64,000 bases of DNA from an uncultured Solirubrobacterales bacterium (GCA_963743575.1 CAVUQC010000008.1:19766-83765), one strand, 5' to 3'. Counted from the stretch's first letter, positions 20,279-30,536 are shown. Made by a program: numbers and translations. The notes: generated from the sequence alone by a model not told the origin.

Positions 20279-22162
20279 TCAGATCCGCCGCACCAGTCTC
20301 GTGATCTGAGTCGCCTCGGGCACCCGGAGGGCAAGGACCGCTCCGAAATAGGTTGCGAATCCGGCGGCCAGGGCGACGCCGAGCGAGATGATCTGGGCGA
20401 TCGTGCCGCGACCGAGTGCCTGGTCCAGGCCGTCCCAGACGAAATAGCTGACCCCCGCCAGCAGCGCGGCGGCGAACAGCACCCGGGCCGCGGTCGCGAA
20501 CAGGCGGGTCAGCTCCAACCCGTCGAGTTGGCGCCTCAGGATGATCACCTCCGCGATGACGCTCGAGACCGTGGCGATCACGGTCGCGGCGACGACGCCT
20601 CCGATGCCGAATGGCGAGTAGAGGGCGAAGGAGAAGATGATGTCCACGACCAGGTTGGAGCCGGCCACCGCGGTCGGGATCCAGGGACGCTGCAGGCTGA
20701 AGAAGGTGCGCGTCAGCATCAGGTACAGGCCGTTGAACGGCAGGGAGAACGCGAACCAGAAGAGCGCCTGCGCGACGAGATGCGTCTGTTGGGCGTCGAA
20801 CTCGCCTCGCTGGTAGACAAGCCTGGTCATCGGCACCGAGAGCACCAACACGGCCGCCGCGGCGGGAATCAGGAGCAGCAGGATCTGCCGCATCCCGTTC
20901 GCCATCGTCCCACGCAGGTTCACCCACTCCTGCCGCGCCGCGAAGCGGGCCAGCGTCGGAAACGTCACGGTCGCCACGGCCACGGAGAAGATGCCCTGGG
21001 GCAGCATGTAGATGCGGAAGGCCTTGTCGATCGCGGCCGGAGCCTCGGTCGAGACGAGGGTCCCGACGATGCTGTTGAGGAGCAGGTCGAAGTTGATCAG
21101 GCCGAGGCTCAGCGTCACCGGCAGCATCAGGAGGAGGACCCTCTTCACCTCCGGGATGTGCCAGTCGAAGTCCCTGGTCAGTTTGAACGGCGTGTGGCGC
21201 AGGTCCCAGGCAGGAATTGCGAGCTGCACGACAGTTCCGACCAGAACCCCGATCGCGTAGGCGTAGATCCGGTTGTTGCCGTGGAAGGCCGGTTCGAGGA
21301 GGACCAGCACCGCGATGATCACCACGTTCCAGAAGAACGGGGAGATCGCGAAGGCCGCGAAGCGGTCGTAGCTGTTCAGGACCCCGACCACCATCCCCGT
21401 GGCGCCGAGCATGATCAGGATCGGGAAGAGGATCTGCGACAGCGTGACCGTCAGGTCGAGGATCTCTCCGCTGAACCCGGGCGCGAAGATCGGCGTGATC
21501 ACCGGCGCGAGCAGGATGAAGAGCGCCGTGATCGCCCCGAGGACCAGGGTGACCATGTAGATCAGGGTCGAGGCGAGCCGGAACGCCTCGCGCTTGTTGC
21601 CCTTCTCGAGCTCCTCGGTGAAGACCGGCACGAAGGCGGCCTGGATCGCAGCGTCCGCGAACAGCGAGCGAACCAGGTTCGGCACCTGGAAGGCGATCGT
21701 GAACGCGGACATCGGTCCCGTGATGCCGAAATAGCTCGCGGCCACGATCTCCCGGACCAGACCGGCCACGCGCGAGAAGGCCGTGGCGATCGAGAAGAAC
21801 GCCGTCGAGCGGCCCAGCCGCCCCTCCTTCTCGTCGAACTCCGGAGGGATGAACGGGGTACTCGGCGTAGGTGCCGGGATCGCCATGAAGGTTGAGGTGT
21901 CCATGGAGACCGCCTCGTGGCGGCGCTCCAGCCGCTCGGCCTCCAGCTCGCGCGCATCCTCCAGATCCGCGTCGAGATTCAGCGTGCCGCCCATCTCCTC
22001 CTCGAGATCGGGTGGAAGGAGCGGGCGCCCGGAATCCCTGGGGCGCTCCTCCGTCCCCGACTGTTCCTCGTCGCCGCCGACGGCCTGAAACTCCTGCGTG
22101 GAAGGGTCGAACGGCTCCGGCGGCGTCGGAACGTCGCCGAAGTCGTCGTCGCGGTCGGTCAT
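20279..22162 (-). CDS. murJ: lipid II flippase MurJ (MviN) with an acidic ~115-aa N-terminal extension
   Basis: The MurJ core starts near RSTAFFSIATAFSRVAGLVREIV...FQVPNLVRSLFADAAIQAAFVPVF and has many TMs. The start is uncertain (internal Met candidates near 21900). Confidence 0.88.
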   Translation of the reverse strand: MTDRDDDFGDVPTPPEPFDPSTQEFQAVGGDEEQSGTEERPRDSGRPLLPPDLEEEMGGTLNLDADLEDARELEAERLERRHEAVSMDTSTFMAIPAPTPSTPFIPPEFDEKEGRLGRSTAFFSIATAFSRVAGLVREIVAASYFGITGPMSAFTIAFQVPNLVRSLFADAAIQAAFVPVFTEELEKGNKREAFRLASTLIYMVTLVLGAITALFILLAPVITPIFAPGFSGEILDLTVTLSQILFPILIMLGATGMVVGVLNSYDRFAAFAISPFFWNVVIIAVLVLLEPAFHGNNRIYAYAIGVLVGTVVQLAIPAWDLRHTPFKLTRDFDWHIPEVKRVLLLMLPVTLSLGLINFDLLLNSIVGTLVSTEAPAAIDKAFRIYMLPQGIFSVAVATVTFPTLARFAARQEWVNLRGTMANGMRQILLLLIPAAAAVLVLSVPMTRLVYQRGEFDAQQTHLVAQALFWFAFSLPFNGLYLMLTRTFFSLQRPWIPTAVAGSNLVVDIIFSFALYSPFGIGGVVAATVIATVSSVIAEVIILRRQLDGLELTRLFATAARVLFAAALLAGVSYFVWDGLDQALGRGTIAQIISLGVALAAGFATYFGAVLALRVPEATQITRLVRRI

Positions 22163-22201
22163 TGCTCTATTCTCTTCGCCGCCCGCCTCGCGGGTCTTTT
22201 C

Positions 22202-22468
22202 ATGGCCAATATCGCCTCACAAAAGAAGCGGAACGCCCGCACAGAGCGTGAGCGGGCCGAGAACCTGCGCTTTCGGAGCTCGGTGAAGACTCATTTCAAG
22301 CGGCTCGAGTCGGCCGTCCAGTCGGGCAATGCCGAGACGATCGCCTCCGAGCACAAGTCGCTGGTCTCGCGGATCGACAAGGCGGTCCAGAAGGGCGCGC
22401 TGCACCGGAATACCGGCGCGCGCAAGAAGTCCCGCGCCGCAAGCATCGCCGCCACCGCCGGCAAGTAG
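22202..22468 (+). CDS. rpsT: 30S ribosomal protein S20
   Basis: MANIASQKKRNARTERERAENLRFRSSVKT... (88 aa). It is the internal ATG of track ORF 21917..22468. Confidence 0.93.
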   Translation: MANIASQKKRNARTERERAENLRFRSSVKTHFKRLESAVQSGNAETIASEHKSLVSRIDKAVQKGALHRNTGARKKSRAASIAATAGK

Positions 22469-22471
22469 CCG

Positions 22472-23488
22472 TCACCCCAGTGCCCAGGCTAGGGGCTCGG
22501 TGTCGTCCGGCACCAGGCCGATGGCCCTGCGCAGGGACAGCGTGAAGGCAACGCCCTCCGCATAGTCGGATCCGCCCCGCGACCAGAGCTCGAGATCGGC
22601 CAGCGCCCGGATTGACGCATCCAGGTCCTCCGGGGTGCGCCCCTTGACCTTCGAGACGAGCATCTTCGCCGCGTAGGGATGCATCGAGAGTCCCTTCGCC
22701 ACCTCAGCGGCCGGCCTCCCCCCCTCCAGCTCGGTCGCCGCGCGCAGGGCCTGGCGAAGCCTGGGCGCCAGCGAGTAGATGATCCGCGGCAGTGCCTCGC
22801 CCTGGGCGACGAGCACCTCGGCCACCCGCATCGTCTCGGCCTCATCGCCGGCGACCAGGGCGTCGGCAAGAGTCCAGATCGCCTCCTCCGAGGTGTCGGC
22901 CACCATGGACTCGAGGTCCGCCATACCGACCTGGCCCCCGGGCCCGGCCCAGAGCGCGAGGCGCTCCAGCTCCGTCCGCAGGCGCACGGGCCTGGGGCCG
23001 AGACGCTCCACCAGCAGCCGGGCCGCCGCGGGCTCGAGCTCGTAGCCGAGCTCCCGTGCGTCTGCGACGAGCTGTTTGGGCAGTTCGCGCTCCCTGGGGG
23101 CATCGAAGGAGAGCACCTCGCCGCCCGCCTTCTCGACCGCCTTGACCAGCTCGGCCGCCGCCTTGCCGTGGGACACCAGCGCGAGCGTCGTCTCGGGAGG
23201 GATCTGGGCCAGTGCCCCGGCGGCGCGCTCTGCGTCCGCCTTGCCCCAGGCATCGACGCCGTCCACCAGGAGGTAGCGACGCGACGCGATCAGGGAGATC
23301 GCTGCAAGCGAGTTGACCAGCGCTTCGACGTCCGGGGCGCGGCGCCCGTCTCCCGCCTCGAACAGCTCGAGTGCGCCGGGGCCACCCTCCCGCTCCGCGC
23401 GCTCTCTGAGGCGGCTTCTGGTCCGGGCGATCTTCGCCTCGTCGGTTCCGGCAATCAGGTACGCCGGCTTCATCTCGGGATCGGGCAT
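22472..23488 (-). CDS. holA: DNA polymerase III subunit delta
   Basis: 338 aa. KPAYLIAGTDEAKI... N-terminus, in the conserved comEC-holA-rpsT neighbourhood. Confidence 0.82.
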   Translation of the reverse strand: MPDPEMKPAYLIAGTDEAKIARTRSRLRERAEREGGPGALELFEAGDGRRAPDVEALVNSLAAISLIASRRYLLVDGVDAWGKADAERAAGALAQIPPETTLALVSHGKAAAELVKAVEKAGGEVLSFDAPRERELPKQLVADARELGYELEPAAARLLVERLGPRPVRLRTELERLALWAGPGGQVGMADLESMVADTSEEAIWTLADALVAGDEAETMRVAEVLVAQGEALPRIIYSLAPRLRQALRAATELEGGRPAAEVAKGLSMHPYAAKMLVSKVKGRTPEDLDASIRALADLELWSRGGSDYAEGVAFTLSLRRAIGLVPDDTEPLAWALG

Positions 23489-23527
23489 TCGGCTGAGTCT
23501 AGGCCCGGGCCTGGATGCGGCCGGAGC

Positions 23528-23959
23528 TCACCCCGGGGCGAGCGGCTGCCCCTGAACGGCCAGGGCGTGGCTCTGCCCCGCCTTGCAGGTCTGCTTGGCG
23601 CCCCGTGCCCGCACCTTGCGTTGACTCACCCCGGCGTAATAGCTGCCCGTGAAGGCCGGCTTGGCCAGGTCGATCTGGAACTTGCCCTTCCCGCCGGTCC
23701 GATGAACGGAGAGCGGCTGGGTCTGGAGTGTGCTCGGGTCCGTGTAGTAGAGCGTCACGACCCGCTTGGCGACGCAGGCGCCCAGCGTCGAGGAGACCCT
23801 GCCGCTGAACCGAGTGCTCGAGGCCTGGGTCAGCGAGGCCGTCGTGCTCCATCCCCGCTTTCCCTGATGCTTCTTCCTCGCGCCCGCCACGCCCGCTGCC
23901 ACGGCCACTGCGAGCACGAGGACAAGCGCAACCGCCGCTGCTCGTCTTGCTCCCGCCAT
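23528..23959 (-). CDS. small secreted basic two-Cys protein (paralogue of 40034..40528)
   Basis: Internal ATG 23959 gives MAGARRAAAVALVLVLAVAVAAGVAGA (signal peptide) followed by RKKHQGKRG... (143 aa). The longer track ORF overlaps comEC. Confidence 0.55.
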   Translation of the reverse strand: MAGARRAAAVALVLVLAVAVAAGVAGARKKHQGKRGWSTTASLTQASSTRFSGRVSSTLGACVAKRVVTLYYTDPSTLQTQPLSVHRTGGKGKFQIDLAKPAFTGSYYAGVSQRKVRARGAKQTCKAGQSHALAVQGQPLAPG

Positions 23960-23970
23960 CCCCGGACAGG

Positions 23971-26307
23971 CTATCCCCGGGCACTGCTCACCGTCCAGCG
24001 GGAACCGTTCGCGTCGATGTCGATCTCTCCCTGGCGATCGGTCCGCATGGCGGGGACATCGTGGGAGCGGAGCTCCTCGAGGGTCGCCTCCGTCGGATGT
24101 CCGTACGAGTTGCCTGCGCCGACCGAGATCACCGCCAGCTTCGGAACCGAGTGATCGAGCAGCGGACCTAGCCCGCTGTCGGCCGATCCGTGGTGGGCGA
24201 CCTTGAGGACGTCGATCGGCCCCGGATCCATGGGCACGCTCTCGGCCTCGGCGTCCCCCGTGAGCAACATCGAGAAGTGCCGCCACTGCGCCACGAGCAC
24301 CAGGCAGAGCAGGTTGGGATCCTCGCCAGTCTCTCCCAGCAGCTCCCGCGGGGGCCAGAGAGCGCTCAGATGGAGCGAGCCGGAGTCGATCTCGCCGCCC
24401 TCCGCCAGCCGGTACGGCTGGGCGCCCGCCGCGAGCGCCGCTCCGCGAAGGCGAGGATCGTCCCGGCCGTAGACCAGGCGATCTACTCGGACCGAGGAGA
24501 GCAGCTCTCCGAGATCCCCGGCGTGGTCGGATTGGTCATGGCTGACCACGATCGCGGCGAGGCTGTGAATTCCGAGCCCGCTCAGGCGATCCTCGACCCC
24601 GTCGCCCGGCGGGCCCGTGTCAACGAGCACCGGATCGCCGTCGGGCGGATCGAGCAGGATGGAATCGCCCTGCCCAACGTCCAGGACGCGCACCGTCAAG
24701 TCGGTGGGCGGAAGGCCCGGCGGCGCCGGCGCTCCGAACGGCCACCAGGCCAGGAGGCCGAGCGCCGCCGCGATCAGCGCTGCCGGCACGAGCAGCCTTT
24801 GGATCACCAGCTCGCCTCGGCCCGCCAGCCCGCGAAGCACGACCTCCACCCCGGCGATCAGACCCGCGTACGCGCCGGTCACCGCCCAGATCGAGCTGAG
24901 ATGCACGCTTAGGAGGGCCCATTTGGGGGCGGCGAGCCAGTGCGCGATCTGGGCGATGTAGGCGAGGCAGAGAGAATCGAGCCAGTTGAGGGGCTCCACA
25001 GGCACCACCGGCAGCTGGCCGGCGATCCCGGCCAGCATGCCGAGCCACATAGCCGGGGCCACGGCGGGGGCCGCGAGCACGTTGGCCGGGAGAGCCGCGG
25101 GCGAGAGCTGGTCAAAGGCCTCCGCCATCAGCGGGGCCGTTGCCACGGTCGCCGCCGTCGTCACGGCGATCGCCTCCGCCAGCGCCGCTCGAGCCGACCC
25201 CCTCCGCGCCGAGCCCGAGAAGAGCGATGCAAGGCGCTTGGCCCAGAGCATGATCCCGACCACCGCGGCGAAGCTGAGCTGCCAGCCGACATCGCCGTCG
25301 GCGCGCGGGTTGATCGCGAGCGTGATCGCCACGGCGAGGAACACCGCGTACCAGCGAGAGCGGGGCCGGTCGGCCAGGGCGGCGATCAGGCCGGCGGCGC
25401 CCATCACCCCGGCGCGTTGAATCGACGGCCCGGCCCCCGTGACCGGGACATAGATGGCGATCAGGAGGAGCGCCCCGAACAGCCGAGCACGGAGCTGCAG
25501 GCCGAGAAGCGCCAGCAGCGGCCACGCCAGGACGCAGAGCAGGATCACGTTCTCGCCGCTCACCGCCAGCAGGTGGGTGAGGTTCGAGCGCTGGAAGTCC
25601 TCCCGCGTTCGGTGGTCGATCCGATCGTCCTCGCCGAGCACGAACCCACGCGCCAGGGCCGCCTCCCGCTCCGGCATGCCGCGCCCCAGGGCCGATTCCG
25701 CCCGCGCCCGGATCCCGTCGATCCACCCGTTCAGCCCTCCGCGGCGCCCGCCGGGCTGGTCGATTCGGTCGGTGCGAAGCACCATCGCGATCCCCTGCCG
25801 GCGCAGGTAGGCGGCTCGCCAGGGCTCCGGGGACTCGAGCGTGCCTTCGAGCCGCACCTCGGTACCGATGGGCAGGTCGGCCACGGGCTCTGGCGCGACC
25901 GCCAGCACCGGGCCGCGGGGCGAATCGACCCGCACGTCCACCTCGTCTCCATTGCGGCGCGGGACGCCGGCGACGAAGCCATCGACCGTGGCGGCCTGTC
26001 CCGGACGCGCCCGCAGTGCGCCAACGTCGATCGCGTGGAGGCGGGCTCCTCCTGCCAGCAGGCCGGCCAGCACGGCCACCAGAGCGACGACCGCGAGCCA
26101 GGCGACCTCGCCGGCGCCCGCCTGCCGTGGCCGCGCTGCGAACAGGCCGATCACCGCGATCGGGGCCGCGCCCACCGCTCCGAGCGACGGCTCCGCGCCG
26201 GCGAGCGGTGCGAGCGCGAGGCCGAGGGCGGCCCCGGCGAGGATCGCGAAACGCCATTCGCGGGTCCAGCGCCCGGCACCCGTGGGCCCTGACGACCCAG
26301 GTTTCAC
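23971..26307 (-). CDS. comEC: DNA internalisation competence protein ComEC/Rec2 (start uncertain)
   Basis: N-terminal TMs, a DUF4131-like OB region, a polytopic competence domain and a C-terminal metallo-beta-lactamase domain (VLDVGQGDS...VVSHDQSDHAGD). In-frame start candidates are GTG 26307 and TTG 26367. The frame is open up to 26895. Confidence 0.85.
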   Translation of the reverse strand: MKPGSSGPTGAGRWTREWRFAILAGAALGLALAPLAGAEPSLGAVGAAPIAVIGLFAARPRQAGAGEVAWLAVVALVAVLAGLLAGGARLHAIDVGALRARPGQAATVDGFVAGVPRRNGDEVDVRVDSPRGPVLAVAPEPVADLPIGTEVRLEGTLESPEPWRAAYLRRQGIAMVLRTDRIDQPGGRRGGLNGWIDGIRARAESALGRGMPEREAALARGFVLGEDDRIDHRTREDFQRSNLTHLLAVSGENVILLCVLAWPLLALLGLQLRARLFGALLLIAIYVPVTGAGPSIQRAGVMGAAGLIAALADRPRSRWYAVFLAVAITLAINPRADGDVGWQLSFAAVVGIMLWAKRLASLFSGSARRGSARAALAEAIAVTTAATVATAPLMAEAFDQLSPAALPANVLAAPAVAPAMWLGMLAGIAGQLPVVPVEPLNWLDSLCLAYIAQIAHWLAAPKWALLSVHLSSIWAVTGAYAGLIAGVEVVLRGLAGRGELVIQRLLVPAALIAAALGLLAWWPFGAPAPPGLPPTDLTVRVLDVGQGDSILLDPPDGDPVLVDTGPPGDGVEDRLSGLGIHSLAAIVVSHDQSDHAGDLGELLSSVRVDRLVYGRDDPRLRGAALAAGAQPYRLAEGGEIDSGSLHLSALWPPRELLGETGEDPNLLCLVLVAQWRHFSMLLTGDAEAESVPMDPGPIDVLKVAHHGSADSGLGPLLDHSVPKLAVISVGAGNSYGHPTEATLEELRSHDVPAMRTDRQGEIDIDANGSRWTVSSARG

Positions 26308-26578
26308 CCAGTGGCCACGTGGTACCCGCGAAGGAACGAGGGCTTCGGCGAGGAGGAGTGATGACAAGGAATCGCGAACGGACCCAAAGCGGGACGCAGT
26401 CGCGCGGCCCGATCCATATCGATCAGGGACGGCTCGACCGGCGCCGTGCCCAGATGCAGGCGGCGGAGGGCCACGCGGGCAGCATCCCGCGGGGCAACCA
26501 GCCGGCCGAAGAGGAAAACCTGGGTCACCGCCGGAACGAGTGGGAGCGCCTGCTCGGGCACTAACCCGATGGCCACGC

Positions 26579-27193
26579 TCAGGGCTGCAGGGCGGCCCTG
26601 AGCGTCTGCATGGTGGAGGGGCCGATTCCGGCCACCTCGTCCAGCTGATCGATCGAGGAGAGACCGCCGTGCTGGTCGCGGAACTCAATGATCTTCTGGG
26701 CCGTGACCGGGCCGATGCCGTCGATTTCATCGAGCTGGTCGGGGGTCGCGCTACCCAGGCTGATCGGGCCGCTCTGTCCGCCTGATCCCGAGCTCGCTGC
26801 GGCGGCGCCAGGGCCGGGGACGACCACCTGCTGCCCGTCACTGAGCCGCGCCGCCAGGTTGATCGCATCCTGGTCGGCGCCGCCGGCGAAACCACCCGCG
26901 CGCCTGACGGCGTCCGTCACCCGTGACCCGGCGGGCAAGCGGTAGACGCCGGGGCGCTGTACATCTCCCGCGACGTGGACGACGACATCCCGGGTGCCAC
27001 CAGCCTGATGCGACGAATCAGCTGCGAAGCTGACCTCGGCGCCTCCGGCCGAGCCGCCGCCACCGGAGTGGATCCAGCGAGCGCCGACCAGCAGCACCGC
27101 GATTGCGATCGCGGCATAGAGGAGCAGCTGTGTGCGGCTCAGTTCGGGCACTCGGGAAAGCCTGCGGAGGCGCACTTCGTGAGTCGCTGCCAC
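26579..27193 (-). CDS. comEA: competence protein ComEA (SLBB + helix-hairpin-helix DNA binding)
   Basis: 204 aa with an N-terminal TM, an SLBB-like VHVAGDVQRPGVYRLPAGSRV segment and a C-terminal HhH (LDEIDGIGPVTAQKII...LDEVAGIG). Confidence 0.85.
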   Translation of the reverse strand: MAATHEVRLRRLSRVPELSRTQLLLYAAIAIAVLLVGARWIHSGGGGSAGGAEVSFAADSSHQAGGTRDVVVHVAGDVQRPGVYRLPAGSRVTDAVRRAGGFAGGADQDAINLAARLSDGQQVVVPGPGAAAASSGSGGQSGPISLGSATPDQLDEIDGIGPVTAQKIIEFRDQHGGLSSIDQLDEVAGIGPSTMQTLRAALQP

Positions 27194-27226
27194 TTCGTGA
27201 CGGATGAGCGACGAATGGCCGGAGGC

Positions 27227-27493
27227 TCAGCGAATCTCGAAGCCGGTCAGGCCCTCCAGCTGCTCGTCGACAATCTCGATGGATTCGACCTCCGCCCTGC
27301 CCGGACCCTTACGGCAGAGCTCGACCATCTCCTCAACCGCGCCGGGCTCGCCCTCGAAGACCGCCTCGACCGTTCCGTCAGGTGTGTTGCGAATCCAGCC
27401 GGCGACGCCGAGGGTCTCGGCCCGCCGCCTCGTCGTGTCCCGGAAGAAGACCCCCTGGACGCGTCCTCCGACGATGACCCGCCTGCGGGTCAC
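27227..27493 (-). CDS. acyP: acylphosphatase
   Basis: VQGVFFR and [12 protein letters not shown] motifs. I chose GTG 27493 so that it does not overlap the cupin stop at 27498. Confidence 0.85.
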   Translation of the reverse strand: MTRRRVIVGGRVQGVFFRDTTRRRAETLGVAGWIRNTPDGTVEAVFEGEPGAVEEMVELCRKGPGRAEVESIEIVDEQLEGLTGFEIR

Positions 27494-27497
27494 GGAG

Positions 27498-27893
27498 CTA
27501 CTCCTCTTCGTCGTATTCCGAGGCGACGCCGACACCCGAGCGCCCGAATACCTCGGAGACCGCTACGGGGGGCGACTGCACCGACACACAGCACAGATCG
27601 GGTGAGTTGCCATTGGCGATCGAGTGGTCAGTCGCCGGTGGAACGAGGATCAGGTCGCCTTCGGAGATCTCCTGCGTGTCTCCGGCGACCGTCATGGTGC
27701 CGCGGCCGCTCGCGACGATGTAGACCTGCTCCGACTCCTCGTGCGAGTGCAGGATCTGATCGCTGCCGCCAGGGACCTGCAACCAGGTCACCGACATGTT
27801 CCGGGAGCCGAGTTCACCGGCATCCATGAGGATGTGATTCCGGATCCTGTGCCACTCCTCCGTGGGAGCCTCCGCGAGCCGCCTGACCAGCAC
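27498..27893 (-). CDS. cupin domain protein
   Basis: 131 aa with a [15 protein letters not shown]...[12 protein letters not shown] two-motif cupin signature. Confidence 0.7.
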   Translation of the reverse strand: MLVRRLAEAPTEEWHRIRNHILMDAGELGSRNMSVTWLQVPGGSDQILHSHEESEQVYIVASGRGTMTVAGDTQEISEGDLILVPPATDHSIANGNSPDLCCVSVQSPPVAVSEVFGRSGVGVASEYDEEE

Positions 27894-27910
27894 CCGGCCT
27901 TTCTACCAGA

Positions 27911-30466
27911 TCATCCTTTTACGACAAAGTTGACCAGGCGGCCAGGCACGACTATCTCCTTCGCCACGGCCTTGCCATCGAGGTGGCGCTGGACGTTTTC
28001 GGACGAGCGGGCCAGCTCGACCAGCTCCTCCTGTGCGGTGTCGGAGCCGACCTCGATCCGGTCGCGGAGCTTGCCGTTGACCTGGATGACGAGCATGTAG
28101 GTGTCCTGCTCGAGCAGTTGCGGGTCGGCCTCGGGCCAGGGCTGCTCCCAGACCCGCTGCCCCTCGAGCCATTCGTAGACCTCCGAGCAGAGGTGCGGGG
28201 CGAACGGGAAGAGCAGGGAGACCGCGGTCGAGGTCGCGAATCGCACCGAGGAGGCCCCCACGGGGTCGTCGTAGAGGCCGTCCTTGAGGCGGTAGATCTC
28301 GTTGACCAGCTCCATCACCGCGGAGATTGCCGTGTTGAACTGGAAACGGGGATCGATGTCGCGGGTCATCTTGTCGATCGCCCAGTGGGATTTGGCGAGG
28401 AGCGCCCGGACATCGCCGGCATCAGAAGGCGCCTCCTCGGCTTCGCCTGCAGGGGCGCCAGCCTCTTTGGGCGCCTTCTCCGCGACCTCGCGCCCGAGGC
28501 GCCAGAGTCGCGACAGGAACCGGAAGATGCCCTCCGCCCCCTCGTCCGACCAGTCGCCGCCCTTGATCGGCGGCCCCATGAAGCAGATGTAGGTCCGCAG
28601 GGTGTCGGCGCCGAAGCGCTCGACGTACTCGGCGGGGCTCACCGTATTGCCCCTGGACTTGGACATCTTCGCCCCGTCCCGGGTGATCATCCCCTGGGTG
28701 AAGAGATTTGCGAACGGCTCACGAGCCTCGAGCAGATCCATGTCGTGCAGCGCCTTCACGAAGAAGCGCGCATACATCAGGTGGAGGATCGCGTGCTCGA
28801 CCCCCCCGATGTACTGGTCGATCGGCATCCAGTAGTCGGCGACGTCGCGGGCCCAGCACTCCTCGTCGTTGTGCGGGTCGAGGTAGCGCAGGAAGTACCA
28901 GGAGGAGTCCACGAAGGTGTCCATCGTGTCCGTCTCGCGGCGGGCCTTGCCTCCGCACTTCGGGCACTCGGTGTTGACCCAGTCCTCAGCCGCGGCCAGC
29001 GGGCTCTTCCCCTTGGGCGCGTACTCCTCGATCTCCGGGAGCAGCACCGGAAGTTGGTCTTCGGGCACCGGCACCATGCCGCACTCGTCGCAATAGAGAA
29101 TCGGGATTGGGGCGCCCCAGTAGCGCTGCCGGGAGACCAGCCAGTCGCGAAGGCGAAAGTTGACCGCCTGCCTGCCGCGGTCCTCCGACGCGAGCCAGTC
29201 GATGATCTCGCCGTAGGCCTCGCGGTTTTGCTTGCCGTCGAAGCGGCCCGAGTTGACCATCGTGCCGTCGCCGGAGTACGGCAGTCCGTCGTCGTCCTTC
29301 GACTGCTCCGGATCGGTGCCCTCGATCACGCGTCTGATCGGCAGGTCGTAGGCCTTGGCGAACTCGTAGTCACGGTCGTCGTGAGCCGGCACGGCCATGA
29401 TCGCGCCGGTGCCGTACTCCATCAGGACGTAGTCGGCTACGAACATCGGGATGCGCTCGCCGTTGACCGGGTTCGTGACCTCGCGGCCGAGCGGAACCCC
29501 GGTCTTCTGGCGTTCCTCGTCAGCGCGCTCCTCGACCGTCGCGCGGGTGGATTCGTTGACGTACTCCCGGACAGCCTGCTCCTGCCCGGTGCCCTCCGCC
29601 AGGCGCTCGATCAGCGGGTGCTCCGGTGCGAGGACGAAGAACGTCGCGCCGAATAGTGTGTCGGGGCGGGTCGTGAAGACCGGGAAGTCGAGATCGATGG
29701 CCTCGCAGCTGAAGGTCACCTCGGCACCCTCGGAGCGGCCGATCCAGTTCCGCTGCATGGTGACCACGTTCTCGGGCCACGACTCGAGCAGGTCGAAGTC
29801 GTCGAGCAGCTGCTGCGCGTACTCGGTGATCCGGAAGAACCACTGCTCGAGATTGCGCTGCTCGACCAGCGTGCCGCAGCGCTCGCAGTGGCCGTCGATC
29901 ACCTGCTCGTTGGCGAGGACCGTCTGGTCCTTGGGGCACCACTGGACGGGCGCCTCGTGGCGATGGGCGAGTCCCTTCTCGAAGAGCTTCAGGAAGATCC
30001 ACTGCGTCCAGCGGTAGTAGGCCGGCTGGTGGGTGCCGAATTCCCGCGTCCAGTCGATGGAGATGCCCCACCGCATGAACTGCTCGCGGAAGGATGCGAT
30101 CGACTTCTCGGTCGCCTCGCGCGGATGCTCCCCGGTGTTGATGGCGTTGTTCTCGGCGGGGAGCCCGAAGGCGTCGTAGCCCATCGGGTGCAGCACGCTG
30201 AAGCCGCGGCGGCGGCGGAAGTGGGCGATCGCGTCGCCGACGGAATAGGTCTTCAGGTGGCCGACGTGCGGCTCGCCCGAGGGGTACGGCAGCATCTCGA
30301 GGACGTAGCTCTTCGGCTTCGACTCGTCGAACTCAGGTGAGCCCGGATTCGCCACCACCCAGGTGTTCTCGGCCTCCCAGACGAGCTGCCACTTGCGCTC
30401 GATCGCCTGCGGGTCGTAGCGCTCGATCTCGTTTTCGGACGCCGCCTTTGCCTCGGGTTCGGCCAT
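27911..30466 (-). CDS. leuS: leucine--tRNA ligase
   Basis: HIGH-type PHVGHLKTY, KMSKS (AKMSKSRGN) and a CP1 editing domain. Start is ATG 30466 (or 30499). Confidence 0.95.
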   Translation of the reverse strand: MAEPEAKAASENEIERYDPQAIERKWQLVWEAENTWVVANPGSPEFDESKPKSYVLEMLPYPSGEPHVGHLKTYSVGDAIAHFRRRRGFSVLHPMGYDAFGLPAENNAINTGEHPREATEKSIASFREQFMRWGISIDWTREFGTHQPAYYRWTQWIFLKLFEKGLAHRHEAPVQWCPKDQTVLANEQVIDGHCERCGTLVEQRNLEQWFFRITEYAQQLLDDFDLLESWPENVVTMQRNWIGRSEGAEVTFSCEAIDLDFPVFTTRPDTLFGATFFVLAPEHPLIERLAEGTGQEQAVREYVNESTRATVEERADEERQKTGVPLGREVTNPVNGERIPMFVADYVLMEYGTGAIMAVPAHDDRDYEFAKAYDLPIRRVIEGTDPEQSKDDDGLPYSGDGTMVNSGRFDGKQNREAYGEIIDWLASEDRGRQAVNFRLRDWLVSRQRYWGAPIPILYCDECGMVPVPEDQLPVLLPEIEEYAPKGKSPLAAAEDWVNTECPKCGGKARRETDTMDTFVDSSWYFLRYLDPHNDEECWARDVADYWMPIDQYIGGVEHAILHLMYARFFVKALHDMDLLEAREPFANLFTQGMITRDGAKMSKSRGNTVSPAEYVERFGADTLRTYICFMGPPIKGGDWSDEGAEGIFRFLSRLWRLGREVAEKAPKEAGAPAGEAEEAPSDAGDVRALLAKSHWAIDKMTRDIDPRFQFNTAISAVMELVNEIYRLKDGLYDDPVGASSVRFATSTAVSLLFPFAPHLCSEVYEWLEGQRVWEQPWPEADPQLLEQDTYMLVIQVNGKLRDRIEVGSDTAQEELVELARSSENVQRHLDGKAVAKEIVVPGRLVNFVVKG

Positions 30467-30536
30467 GGCGGCCAGTTTACGAGCGCGGAGCTCGTGCACT
30501 GGCGCGCGTCGGCCGGCTCAGAGGCACCTGATTCCT

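Noticed and set aside
22182-22201. Small hairpin (cccgc-ctc-gcggg) followed by TCTTTTC immediately before the rpsT ATG, which looks like an intrinsic terminator.
   Set aside because: The stem is only 5 bp and there is no upstream plus-strand gene to terminate. It is more likely part of a short rpsT leader, and it is too weak to call.
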